A stretch of DNA of 64,000 bases from Rubripirellula sp. (GTDB lineage: Bacteria; Planctomycetota; Planctomycetia; Pirellulales; Pirellulaceae). The notes below the pieces were generated by a model. The model did no database searches. It saw only the letters and a list, made by a program, of their open reading frames with translations, and was not told the DNA's origin. The position numbers and the translations under genes are program-made. Numbering within the stretch: position 1 is the first letter of the stretch; every line of letters starts with the position of its first letter. The stretch spans positions 1,184,001-1,248,000 of the forward strand of contig OZ244207.1 in NCBI GenBank assembly GCA_965216875.1, written 5' to 3'. Below are positions 41,897 to 50,838 of the stretch, piece by piece.

Positions 41897-42203
41897 TGCG
41901 CTCGACGATTCGCGATGCGATGATTCGCACGACGCGAATAAGGGAGCGGAAAAGGGGACACCGGCTATTGAAGAGAGTGAATCGATAGTGTTGACCCGCG
42001 CTTGGGAAGTCGACATCGTGCACATTGTCCAGGCACTTTCTGATAGCGCGCTGTGCGATCTCCTGGCCGTCGCGCGAGGGCTTCTTCGAACTGAGGAAAC
42101 GTCCAACGACTAAGTGTCCATCCCACCACGGTTTCGGGTGTCTGCCACGGTGGCACACTCTTGATCATGCTTGAAATGCCGCCAGAACCATCGAGATAGA
42201 GCC

Positions 42204-42383
42204 ATGAACAACCCCTACGAGATATCAACCAGCGATCACCGCCGACAACGAAACGCCTATACGGGCCGTCAGATGTTCGTGTCGTTCCTGGGTGGCACCA
42301 TCTTGGGACTGGTCATCGCGGTCCTGGGCTTCATCATCCTGATCTTGTGGTCCGCTCTTCAGACGTATCAGATCGGCGTCTAG
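42204..42383 (+). CDS. small membrane protein with NPY motif (59 aa)
   Basis: MNNPYEIS... followed by one long hydrophobic helix. Confidence 0.65.
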   Translation: MNNPYEISTSDHRRQRNAYTGRQMFVSFLGGTILGLVIAVLGFIILILWSALQTYQIGV

Positions 42384-43621
42384 TGATCGTGACCGTAGCC
42401 TGAGAGGTTGGTATCCATCCCGAGCGCCTTGCCGAGCCGGTTCATTCGACCGTATTCCTCGTCCATCCTGAAGATGTGGTCGTCGTCCACGTAGGCACGA
42501 AGCCAATTGACGCCTCTTCCCAACGGACCTGGACTGTTCTCCGCCCAGTACCCTGTGAGCTGTCCTCTAGTTGCGCCCTTCTCGCGCAATGCAGTGTAGA
42601 GCTCTTCGCCTTTGAGCCCTTCGTCGAGCAACTTGTTGATCAACGGTCCGAGTTCTTCCTCCACTGGTCGACCAAATTCGTCCCGCTCAATCAAGTCCGG
42701 CTCAAACGATCCCATGCCCAACGCCTTCGCCAACCGGCTCGTGTATGGACGAGCCATCTGAGGATTCGACTCGATCACCCCCGGGAGTAATGCCTCCATC
42801 AAACTCTGACGCCGTCCTTCAGGCGACAAACTCTGTTGCAACGCATCCAGTTTCGCTGAGGCGAGTTCACCTTCCCGCTCGGCGGTCGCTCGCTGGATTG
42901 CAAGCTCCTGCTGCCGGAGCCCAAGTGCACCCTCGTTCGCCGCGGCCTGTTGTTGAGCCCCAAACATCTGAACAGCGAGTTCTGGGCGATACGCCATCAA
43001 TGCCTGCATAAACCGGCTGGGCCGTTGGTTGGTCGATGCAATTCGCTGAGCCTGCTGCTGAGCACGGTGGGTGGGCCTGTTTGCAAGGCGACTCGCCCGA
43101 CGCGCTCGACCACGATCGCGATTTGCTTGAGCAGCTGGGGACAGCGGGCGTCGACCTCCCATGTTTAGAGCTGTTGCCAAACGGCCCGGTGGAGCTTGAA
43201 ACCCTGGCCGCATTGGAGTGGCGTCCACATAGCCTTGCAAAGGTGCTCCAACCACACTCACGCGACCATCGGCGCCAACTGTTCGCTCGTAGGTCTCGGT
43301 CTTCGCAGGTTGGACCGGACCTCGTCTATGGACGTACGCGAGATTGCTATTGGGAGTCCCTGGAGAGGTGTCGCCAGCAATGTTTGGGAGTGACGGCGAG
43401 GGCGTGTAGCTCCCGTTGCGGCCACGCGTGACGCCGTAGCCGGCGTCACGGTTTACGTTTTGCCCTATCCCGAGCAGGGAACCCAGACGCGACTGTGGTC
43501 TCGAGCTGCGACTGCCCATTCCCAGTGCGGCTCCCAGTCGTGACTGTTGTCTGCGCGGTGGTGCAGAGCTGCTCAGCAGTGATTGGCGACCTGTTGTAGT
43601 AGTCGTATCAAAGTATGGCAT
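42380..43621 (-). CDS. low-complexity protein with repeated RLxxALGMG motif
   Basis: 413 aa from MPYFDTTTTT; motif occurs about 5 times; Q/A-rich coiled-coil-like middle. Confidence 0.75.
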   Translation of the reverse strand: MPYFDTTTTTGRQSLLSSSAPPRRQQSRLGAALGMGSRSSRPQSRLGSLLGIGQNVNRDAGYGVTRGRNGSYTPSPSLPNIAGDTSPGTPNSNLAYVHRRGPVQPAKTETYERTVGADGRVSVVGAPLQGYVDATPMRPGFQAPPGRLATALNMGGRRPLSPAAQANRDRGRARRASRLANRPTHRAQQQAQRIASTNQRPSRFMQALMAYRPELAVQMFGAQQQAAANEGALGLRQQELAIQRATAEREGELASAKLDALQQSLSPEGRRQSLMEALLPGVIESNPQMARPYTSRLAKALGMGSFEPDLIERDEFGRPVEEELGPLINKLLDEGLKGEELYTALREKGATRGQLTGYWAENSPGPLGRGVNWLRAYVDDDHIFRMDEEYGRMNRLGKALGMDTNLSGYGHDH

Positions 43622-43886
43622 CGTCTTGTCCCTCTTGTTTTTTGGACGCCCATGTTTGGAACATTGAGTAGAGCTCTTCACCTCGATCGCTGGGCTGATC
43701 GGCATCACCAAGCTGCGATTCGAGTTCGGCGATCTCCTCGGGTGTGCTATTGATCATTTTGAAGCAGGTTGATTTCTCGAATGGAACACCCATCATCGAT
43801 TCGTTGCTCCACGACTCCAATGCCCTTGAGAGACGATGGAAGAACATCCGCGTCTGTTCATCACCATTGCGTACCATTTCGACCAC
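43608..43886 (-). CDS. hypothetical protein
   Basis: 92-aa ORF overlapping the start of the next gene; start uncertain. Confidence 0.55.
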   Translation of the reverse strand: MVEMVRNGDEQTRMFFHRLSRALESWSNESMMGVPFEKSTCFKMINSTPEEIAELESQLGDADQPSDRGEELYSMFQTWASKKQEGQDDAIL

Positions 43887-44077
43887 TCCATGTTTTGTGT
43901 TTCGACTGATCTCATTCTCAAGAGTTGTTGTCTGCGATCAAGCCTTCAGTTCCTATCTGTTGTTGATTTCTTGAAGTTGTCGTTTGGAAGTGTGCCACAG
44001 TAGCAGAGTCTGTGGCGGGAGGTTGGCAAGCGCACCTTCGATTCGGTAACAGCGCACATCCACAGCGAGCATTGACC

Positions 44078-44692
44078 ATGAACGAGACCACCCACGAAAT
44101 TGAAACAGGGGATCGACCTGAGCCGGATCGAACGTATTCGGAACCTCATCGCACCTGCCGTTGGTGCAACACATCGAAGCCGATAACGGAGTACCGCATC
44201 CAGTCGCGCGAGCCTGACGGCAGGGCTTATCGTTCGCACCAGTGCCGCCAGTGCCACAATCGTGTCGAGCGAGAGCGTTCAAGACGCAAACGAAAGGATC
44301 AAAGAGACCGTCGCATCCACTCCAAGTTGGCCCTCGTCGCCCGCGCCAAGTCCCAGCGCCGTTGTGTTGCCGCCCTGGCCGAGTCACTCCTCGAAGGCTT
44401 CGGGGGCGTTGAAGGCTTTGCAAAGGCTTGGACCGAAGCCATCACAGAAGCCACCGCTTGTAAGCGGATCCGAGCTGGTGAGGCTCTCGTCGTTTTCCTT
44501 CAATGGCTCGAAGAGCATCCCGAGGTAACCATGGATATCAGGACAGCGTCGGATGAGGAGCTCGAACGAGCCTACAGGGACGCGCTTGCAGCCGCTTTTA
44601 TCGAGTTTCTGCGTGATCATCGGGGAATCGCGACCCGACTGCTCGCTCAGTCAGGATTCGTTGAGGCTGAACCGTCAAACGTCGTGGAATAG
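44078..44692 (+). CDS. Zn-finger protein (CxxC...CxxC) of unknown function
   Basis: CRWC...CRQC, basic helix, FGGVEGFAKAW, TASDEELE. Confidence 0.75.
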   Translation: MNETTHEIETGDRPEPDRTYSEPHRTCRWCNTSKPITEYRIQSREPDGRAYRSHQCRQCHNRVERERSRRKRKDQRDRRIHSKLALVARAKSQRRCVAALAESLLEGFGGVEGFAKAWTEAITEATACKRIRAGEALVVFLQWLEEHPEVTMDIRTASDEELERAYRDALAAAFIEFLRDHRGIATRLLAQSGFVEAEPSNVVE

Positions 44693-44839
44693 CGACACGT
44701 CAATGAGAGCTCTCCGGCAACCATTGGGAGCCGCTTGGCTCTATGTGAATCGGCACCACGTCCAGCCGTGAGAGTACCTCCCGTTTCCCTCTCAATTGTG
44801 GTGACGTCGCCAAGCTCCTGGGCTTGAGGCAACCGCACT

Positions 44840-44854
44840 GTGCCACAGTGGCAC
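44840..44854. repeat. island palindrome GTGCCACWGTGGCAC
   Basis: Exact GTGCCACAGTGGCAC. Confidence 0.95.
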
Positions 44855-44959
44855 TTTCGCTGCCCCCTCTGCTTGGAGGGTGTTGCCGGAGGGTCCAGCG
44901 ATAATCTAAGAGGAGCCAGGTGTGCTCCAAAGAGCTTATTCACAAACCGGAGTTTCACC

Positions 44960-45358
44960 GTGCCCACGCAAGACAGTCATGACGCCTTCGCCAAGCTAAA
45001 CGCCGAAATCAAGGCGGCAGAGCATATCCTGAACAGGCTGCCTGGTAGCCGTTCCCAGAAGTGCTACGTTGAGGTTTGGGAGCAAGCGTACCTTCAATAC
45101 GGCGACGGTTGTGACGAAATCGAGACCAAGTTTTCGACCGAGTGCCTTTACGTTTTCGACGAGGGCAACAGGACGGCTGTTCCGCTACGTGAGCTTCCGA
45201 TCCTGAGCCGCGTCGCCGCAACGGAGCATGTCCCTCGCTTGTTTGATCGCGCGGTCGAGTTTGAGCAGGACGTAGCCGACCGAGCAAGCGAGGCCACATC
45301 CAAGCTCGCGGTTGCCAACCGCAAACGCAGGTCGAGTGACCTCAGAAGTACTGTTTGA
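44960..45358 (+). CDS. hypothetical protein
   Basis: GTG start after GGAG; 132 aa, helical. Confidence 0.65.
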   Translation: MPTQDSHDAFAKLNAEIKAAEHILNRLPGSRSQKCYVEVWEQAYLQYGDGCDEIETKFSTECLYVFDEGNRTAVPLRELPILSRVAATEHVPRLFDRAVEFEQDVADRASEATSKLAVANRKRRSSDLRSTV

Positions 45359-45623
45359 TTGCAACTGTAACGCAACCTGACTGTGCACTCGGACATTACC
45401 TACCTCGTTTCTAAAGCCGCGGCCTAGGCTAGCTACCGAAATCCACTTGCCCGGTGGGTGGCCGCCCTTTTTCTCTCGGGCAACTCGCATTGGGCATGCA
45501 TATGTTCTCTATAACCGAACGCGATCGGCGTTGCCAAAGTACACCCCCTGACCCGTCGCGAAGACTCGCTCACTTTCGGTGCGCCGTAGCTCCGTACTCA
45601 ACCGGCCTCTTGAGGTTGGAGCA

Positions 45624-46061
45624 ATGAGGCATGATCAGTTTGAAGAGTGGATCACGTCGCTCGTTTCGGAAGTTCGAAGGATTCACCGCCTTCTTGCCGA
45701 TAGTGTTTCGCCAGGAATTGAGGTAGCGAGAGCAGAACGCGCTGAGGATGACCTCTGCGGTCAGGCCCTGGCTCTCTTCAGGCTGCTTTCGAGGCACCGA
45801 CGCAAACTCTCGTTTGATGAGGTCGCCAAGCTCTCAGACGCCTTTCGCAACCCCTACCCAAAGCATGAAACGATCAGGCGCGCGCTCGAACGTCTTTCGG
45901 TCCAGCTTGCAGACCATGGATTCCACGTTCGTCTCTCCCGCGGGACCGCTATCCTCGTCGACCTGACCGACAAAATTCCCGACAAACTCACCGGTGTCCA
46001 TTCCGAGACATCCCAGGAACAATCAGACCACTCCATAGGAGACTCACGTCATGAGTGCTGA
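45624..46061 (+). CDS. putative winged-helix DNA-binding protein
   Basis: LFRLLSRHRRKLSFDEVAKL...ETIRRALERLSVQL...VRLSRG pattern; GGAG RBS. Confidence 0.6.
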   Translation: MRHDQFEEWITSLVSEVRRIHRLLADSVSPGIEVARAERAEDDLCGQALALFRLLSRHRRKLSFDEVAKLSDAFRNPYPKHETIRRALERLSVQLADHGFHVRLSRGTAILVDLTDKIPDKLTGVHSETSQEQSDHSIGDSRHEC

Positions 46062-46227
46062 GGCAACGCTGCTCCCCGTAACTGAACTCGAGGTCCGACA
46101 AGAGATCGCGGCGAAACTCCGCGAGCTGAAGGCGCTACGGAAGATCGCCAGGGCTCTTGGGGAATTCGAGGAGGAGAGTCATCACGCTGCACGGTCTCGT
46201 GCACTGCTCAGTGAGGTAGCCGATTAG
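46051..46227 (+). CDS. small coiled-coil protein (58 aa, below ORF-track cutoff)
   Basis: AGGAG RBS; MSAEATLLPVTELEVRQEIAAKLRELKALRKIARAL...EVAD*. Confidence 0.65.
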   Translation: MSAEATLLPVTELEVRQEIAAKLRELKALRKIARALGEFEEESHHAARSRALLSEVAD

Positions 46228-46241
46228 TGCCACTGTGGCAC
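46227..46241. repeat. island palindrome GTGCCACWGTGGCAC
   Basis: Exact GTGCCACTGTGGCAC, overlapping the last base of a stop codon. Confidence 0.95.
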
Positions 46242-46257
46242 TTTAATAGATCCATCT

Positions 46258-47700
46258 GTGGTCGAGCAGGCCCACCGGAGATCCGACAATGCCCCAAAAA
46301 AAAGGGGGCTGCGCGAGATGGTTAGCGCAGCCCCCGAGCAGTTTGATCCGACAATGCTGATACCGGAGTTTCAAATGATTATGGGTTGTGACGCAAAAGA
46401 TTCAAGCCTTGCTCCCAACTCGAGCAGCCAACTTGAATCCGAACCGGCGAAGGCCTATCAAAGGCTCAAGGTCGAGCCTGAAGGAGCTCCAGTTGGACAT
46501 CATGTTGCAGTTCATCGCGACCTGCTTGATTGGATGGAAGACCACGTACAGAACGATGACGTGCGCCATGAGCTTACGCTCTGCTTTCAGACCTACATGA
46601 GAGAAGGACAATTCCTGATCAACCAAAAGCGGTTTGGCCACGGTTTTGGCGGTACGGCGACGAAGGCTCTTCGGACAGCTCTTGGCAAGTGCCCCTTCGT
46701 CGAACGCTTGTCCGAAGGGATCCCGGGAGTATGCTCGAGCGAATACCGATTCCGGCTTCGAGCGATTTCCCGCAATTTGCGGGGCAAAACGTGGTCACCA
46801 GATAACGGTATCCTCCTGTTCTCGGTTCCTCCCGGATATTGCCGGTTGGTGCGGGTGCCTTCTGACTGGATGGCCCATCGAGCGTCTAGATGGGTTCAGT
46901 TCTGTGCTAAGCGTGGTCTTCCTCTTCCGGCTGATTTGCGTGCCGACTCCCCGCTTGCATCGGCTACCTTCGATGCGATCCGGCGCATTTGTGTTCCCGC
47001 CGTCGTCGATGCTACGGGCGTCGTGTGTGCCGAAAAGATTTCTTTCCTTCTTGAATTTCATAAGTCATTGCTTACGAAGAGGGTTCGTCGCAAGTACTGC
47101 GCCAAGGACGGCAGGACCTATCACGCGATAACCAATTGTCCAAGGGTTCTCAGACGTCAGCTGCTCCTAAATGGCGAGCCGTTGCGTGAGGCTGACCTAA
47201 GCTGCTCGCACTTCTACCTATTGGCGACCCAGATAGCTGATGTCGATGAGCGAGACCGACTGCTAGAACTCATCCGTTCGGGGCGCTTTTACGAGACCGT
47301 CGCGGAACTCTCGGGTGAAGAGTTCGTAGATCGAGCGGAACTGAAGCAGGAAATGCAACGACAGTGTTTGTTTGGGCGAGACGGGCGAATCTCGTCGCGA
47401 CCTTTGTGGCCTGCTCTACGGAAGGTCTCGCGGCAGCTCTGTAGCCTAATCCTTCGCTTAAGGCGGGGCTTCGCCAAGAAGAACGCCTCTAACTTTGCCA
47501 AGCTAATTCAACGGCTAGAGGGCCGTTTAATGGATGATGCCCACTACAAACTGATTGAAGAAGGCATTGATGGTATTCGGCTCCACGACGGGTTTCTTGT
47601 CGCTGAAAGCAGTATCGATCGCGTTGCCCAAATCATTAGAGATGCTGGCGTGAAGGTCTTCGGCGCAGAGCCCAGAATTGGGATCAAGACCGGAGATTGA
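46258..47700 (+). CDS. PolA/T7-superfamily palm polymerase without exonuclease or helicase domain (TV-Pol-like)
   Basis: DGRTYH; motif A EADLSCSH; motif B RAELKQ...LFG; IQRLE; motif C RLHDGFLV; start uncertain (46258/46318/46351/46375). Confidence 0.75.
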   Translation: MVEQAHRRSDNAPKKRGLREMVSAAPEQFDPTMLIPEFQMIMGCDAKDSSLAPNSSSQLESEPAKAYQRLKVEPEGAPVGHHVAVHRDLLDWMEDHVQNDDVRHELTLCFQTYMREGQFLINQKRFGHGFGGTATKALRTALGKCPFVERLSEGIPGVCSSEYRFRLRAISRNLRGKTWSPDNGILLFSVPPGYCRLVRVPSDWMAHRASRWVQFCAKRGLPLPADLRADSPLASATFDAIRRICVPAVVDATGVVCAEKISFLLEFHKSLLTKRVRRKYCAKDGRTYHAITNCPRVLRRQLLLNGEPLREADLSCSHFYLLATQIADVDERDRLLELIRSGRFYETVAELSGEEFVDRAELKQEMQRQCLFGRDGRISSRPLWPALRKVSRQLCSLILRLRRGFAKKNASNFAKLIQRLEGRLMDDAHYKLIEEGIDGIRLHDGFLVAESSIDRVAQIIRDAGVKVFGAEPRIGIKTGD

Positions 47701-47703
47701 ACC

Positions 47704-47822
47704 GCAAATGCTCCGGAGGAATACCGCGTCTGCGTTCCCTTGCGCGTAGCCGCGGACGCCGACGAGCGGGGCAAGAAGCCACAGCGAGCATCATCACCGA
47801 CGTTCGCGACGAGATCCTCTGA
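47704..47822 (+). pseudogene. frameshifted paralogous fragment of the 48317-48874 gene
   Basis: ANAPEEYRVCVPLRVAADADERGKKP/TASIITDVRDEIL* versus AKAPAEHRDAVVERAAEIASERDTKPTAKIIAEARDEII; 1-nt deletion. Confidence 0.7.
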
Positions 47823-47897
47823 ACGCCCAAGGTGGCCGCGGAGACGTCTCCGATAACCTATGTGCTGTGGCGATGAACACGCCAGGAAAATCAGGGT

Positions 47898-48320
47898 ATG
47901 CAAATTTGCATACCCAAACACCGAAGTTACACCGACCCACGATTCATTAATGACACTTTCAGACACGATTCCAGACAAGATGTTTCGACGAAACCTGGGA
48001 ACTCTGCATCTCCAGCAGCTTGCGCGGCTTGGTATTGGCTCGCACAGTTTGACGACAAGGGACTGGCCGACAAGTCGATCGGGATTCTCTCCGGGAGCCT
48101 AGAGGCGATGACCACATCCCCCTTCAACAAGTGCCGAGAGTCGCTGATGAACTCCCGAGCGAACAAAAGGAAGCTCACTAACGATGCCCAGCTCAAACTC
48201 CTTTGGTCGGCCTGGGAGAAAGCGAAGGCCGGTAAGACCGTGAAGGCACTTCGGCCTGTAAAGCAGATCGCATGTTGCGACGCAGCCTATTACGCCTTAA
48301 AGAGGATCCGAGATCGATGA
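47898..48320 (+). CDS. hypothetical protein, possibly a truncated phage-type gene
   Basis: 140-aa ORF coupled to the next gene by ATGA overlap; N-terminus doubtful. Confidence 0.5.
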   Translation: MQICIPKHRSYTDPRFINDTFRHDSRQDVSTKPGNSASPAACAAWYWLAQFDDKGLADKSIGILSGSLEAMTTSPFNKCRESLMNSRANKRKLTNDAQLKLLWSAWEKAKAGKTVKALRPVKQIACCDAAYYALKRIRDR

Positions 48321-48874
48321 TCAACGTTGTCCACCCAGGCAAAGTAGCCCGCCTCAAGCAGCTCGAAGGCGTCGTCGAACGAGGCAAAAAGACGTTCGTG
48401 AAAGTCGGCAACGCCTTGAAAGAGATCCGCGACCAGGAGCTGTACAAGGTCACGCACAGGAGCTTCGCAGCGTACGTGGAAGATCGGTTCGGATTTAAGC
48501 GACACAACGCGTATCACCTGATTCAGGCTGCTGAGGCTAGCGATTCTGTTAAACACGTTCAACATATTGAGAATGCTCGCCAGGCGGCTGAAGTCGCGAA
48601 GGCTCCCGCCGAGCACCGCGATGCGGTTGTCGAGCGAGCAGCCGAGATCGCTAGCGAACGCGACACCAAGCCAACAGCCAAGATCATCGCCGAGGCACGC
48701 GACGAGATCATCGGCGCCAAGCAGGGCTCACCGATCGAAGCTGCACCGCGAACCGACCCGGTAGAGGCCCTGGCGGCGATCGTTCGAACGCTTGAAACCG
48801 ATCAACTCGTTGCCATGCGGAATCTGATTGATTCAGTCCTGGGCGAGGTGAACTCAAGCGGAGGGAAGTGCTGA
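48317..48874 (+). CDS. phage-type HTH protein (DUF3102-like)
   Basis: LEGVVERGKKTFVKVGNALKEIRDQELYKVTHRSFAAYVEDRFGFKRHNAYHLIQAA. Confidence 0.75.
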   Translation: MINVVHPGKVARLKQLEGVVERGKKTFVKVGNALKEIRDQELYKVTHRSFAAYVEDRFGFKRHNAYHLIQAAEASDSVKHVQHIENARQAAEVAKAPAEHRDAVVERAAEIASERDTKPTAKIIAEARDEIIGAKQGSPIEAAPRTDPVEALAAIVRTLETDQLVAMRNLIDSVLGEVNSSGGKC

Positions 48875-48915
48875 AGGTCGACAGTGGTCTTCTAGGCTTC
48901 CAGCCAAACTAGTTT

Positions 48916-48930
48916 GTGCCACTGTGGCAC
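48916..48930. repeat. island palindrome GTGCCACWGTGGCAC
   Basis: Exact GTGCCACTGTGGCAC. Confidence 0.95.
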
Positions 48931-48964
48931 TTTAGCATCACCATCCACTAACCAAGGAACCACG

Positions 48965-49237
48965 ATGGACTCAACCGACAGCAGCCAGATCCGACTCGTT
49001 CGGGTCAAGGGCTACGCAAACCTTGTGATGCAGCAATACCTCGACGGGCAGTGGCGAAACATCCCTGTCGTTGAATTGTCGGGCAAAGAGATTGACGTTC
49101 CCAAGGACATCCCGCGCAAGCCACGCAAGAAGAAGGCTGCGGCGAAGCCAAAGCCGAAGAACAAACCAATGTCCAGACGCAGCCGCGTTCCAGCCGGCGG
49201 CAGCAATACGCCTCTTGGGCGGAGAAGGCTCGCGTAA
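48965..49237 (+). CDS. small protein with highly basic C-terminus
   Basis: AAGGA RBS; ...PRKPRKKKAAAKPKPKNKPMSRRSR... Confidence 0.65.
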   Translation: MDSTDSSQIRLVRVKGYANLVMQQYLDGQWRNIPVVELSGKEIDVPKDIPRKPRKKKAAAKPKPKNKPMSRRSRVPAGGSNTPLGRRRLA

Positions 49238-49387
49238 CGGGGCTGCACGCAATTTGATGGAATCGATCGGTTGAAGGGATAGTTCGTGCATTCGGTTACG
49301 GGCATACTCAAATAGTGGCTGGCACGGAAATACCTGATACAATCTTGGCGTGAAATCGTACTACCATTCGTCCTAGAGGAAGAATCG

Positions 49388-49669
49388 ATGCCGAGATTAA
49401 ACTTGAGGATCAAGCACAAGAAAATCAATTCAGAAGATCGAGGATTTCACATCAAGATTGTCGGCCCATTTAAGGCTGCCAAGGGCGTTCACTTCGAGTC
49501 AACCAATGGTACTTCTTCCATGAGGCTGCAACGATTTCGATTGGAAGAGGGCGTTCTTGAAATCAAGAGCAAGTTGCACTGCAATGTGAAGTATCTCGGT
49601 GTTTGGGTCCCCCCCTTCTCTAAGCACACGATTACGAAGGGAGGAAAAGACGTCGCAAGCTTTGAATAG
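49388..49669 (+). CDS. small basic hypothetical protein
   Basis: GAGGA RBS; 93 aa; AT-richer surroundings. Confidence 0.55.
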   Translation: MPRLNLRIKHKKINSEDRGFHIKIVGPFKAAKGVHFESTNGTSSMRLQRFRLEEGVLEIKSKLHCNVKYLGVWVPPFSKHTITKGGKDVASFE

Positions 49670-49983
49670 AGCTAACCAGTATTGGAGTTAAAGGCGATTG
49701 GAGGGGCCTGTTTTTCCTGATTGAGATCGACCGGAATCAATGCTCCATGTTGGTTCCGCGGAAATTGCTCAAGAGATTCTGCCTGGACCTTCTGTAGCTC
49801 CCGTGCGGCTCTCTGAATTGGCTAGTATTGGACAGAAGTGCCAGCAGCTAGTACCGGAATGACTGAAGTGAATCTGGCCTGCTGCTCTTCATGTGCACTA
49901 ATACACGACTCTATTCATCGGACCATTGGTGGCCGAGAGAATGTGCAGCATGCTTTATGATTGTGAGAAAAGGGGAGTCCAAG

Positions 49984-50226
49984 ATGCAATCGAAGACCAC
50001 GGGCCCGAAAGGGCAGATGCAGCTCTACGAACACTGGAGTGAGAGCGCGAGCGGCCATGTCGAGACCACCGAGATTGCGGAGCTGACCGTCGTGGACGGC
50101 AACGTCGTGCTCATCGTATCTTCGCGCACCGAGAAGTTCATTCCGGGCTCGGTTGGCGCTGCGTGGAAGAAAGAGTTCACGATCGGCGGACGGCAGTTGG
50201 CGGAATTGATTCAGAACAACACGTAA
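49984..50226 (+). CDS. small hypothetical protein
   Basis: GGGGAG RBS before ATG 49984; 80 aa. Confidence 0.6.
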   Translation: MQSKTTGPKGQMQLYEHWSESASGHVETTEIAELTVVDGNVVLIVSSRTEKFIPGSVGAAWKKEFTIGGRQLAELIQNNT

Positions 50227-50460
50227 CGAGGGCAAGTATGGGCACGTATCCCATCCAAATTCCAGTGAAGTCTTACGGTGGGAAAGACCCCAAACTCATC
50301 CGCGAATACCGCGTTTGCGGCCAGGCCGCGAACGATATTCAGGCATGCCTGAACGAACAGGCAAGGTAGCCAGCGACATACCTTTACAAACCACCAGATC
50401 GCCTAGGCAACGTAACGGAATCACATTTTTCCGCGAAGAGCCTTTGATAGGAGCCAAAAT

Positions 50461-50712
50461 ATGAGCCGCAAATGGAAACAGGTCACCGGCAAGGTGCGCG
50501 TCCAAAACGAAGAAGGGAATGAACTGGAGTGGGATGTTGTCCACGAGTTTTCCGAGTGCAAGACCATGCACGGCACGAGCGTATCAAAAAGCAGGCTGAA
50601 GGATGTGCGGAGCCCGGATGGAAGGGCGATCTACTCCCGCGATGAGGGTGAGTTTTTTTTCGCGGATGAGCCGAACTCCATCTATCGTGTGGTGGAGGAG
50701 TGGGAACTCTAG
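50461..50712 (+). CDS. small hypothetical protein
   Basis: AGGAG RBS; 83 aa. Confidence 0.65.
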   Translation: MSRKWKQVTGKVRVQNEEGNELEWDVVHEFSECKTMHGTSVSKSRLKDVRSPDGRAIYSRDEGEFFFADEPNSIYRVVEEWEL

Positions 50713-50838
50713 TCAACTAACGATTGCGGGGGAAAGCTAGGACATCACTCTACGCGTTGCATTATCACTGATTCATCCGGCGCCGCGGCGGACACATCGA
50801 CCCAATGCAGTACGCCGCTCCGTAGCGAAAGGGAGGTT

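Noticed and set aside
41736..42113. 125-aa ORF as an independent gene
   Set aside because: Its 5' part is a repeat plus terminator outside att; the 3' part is better explained as the integrase extension.
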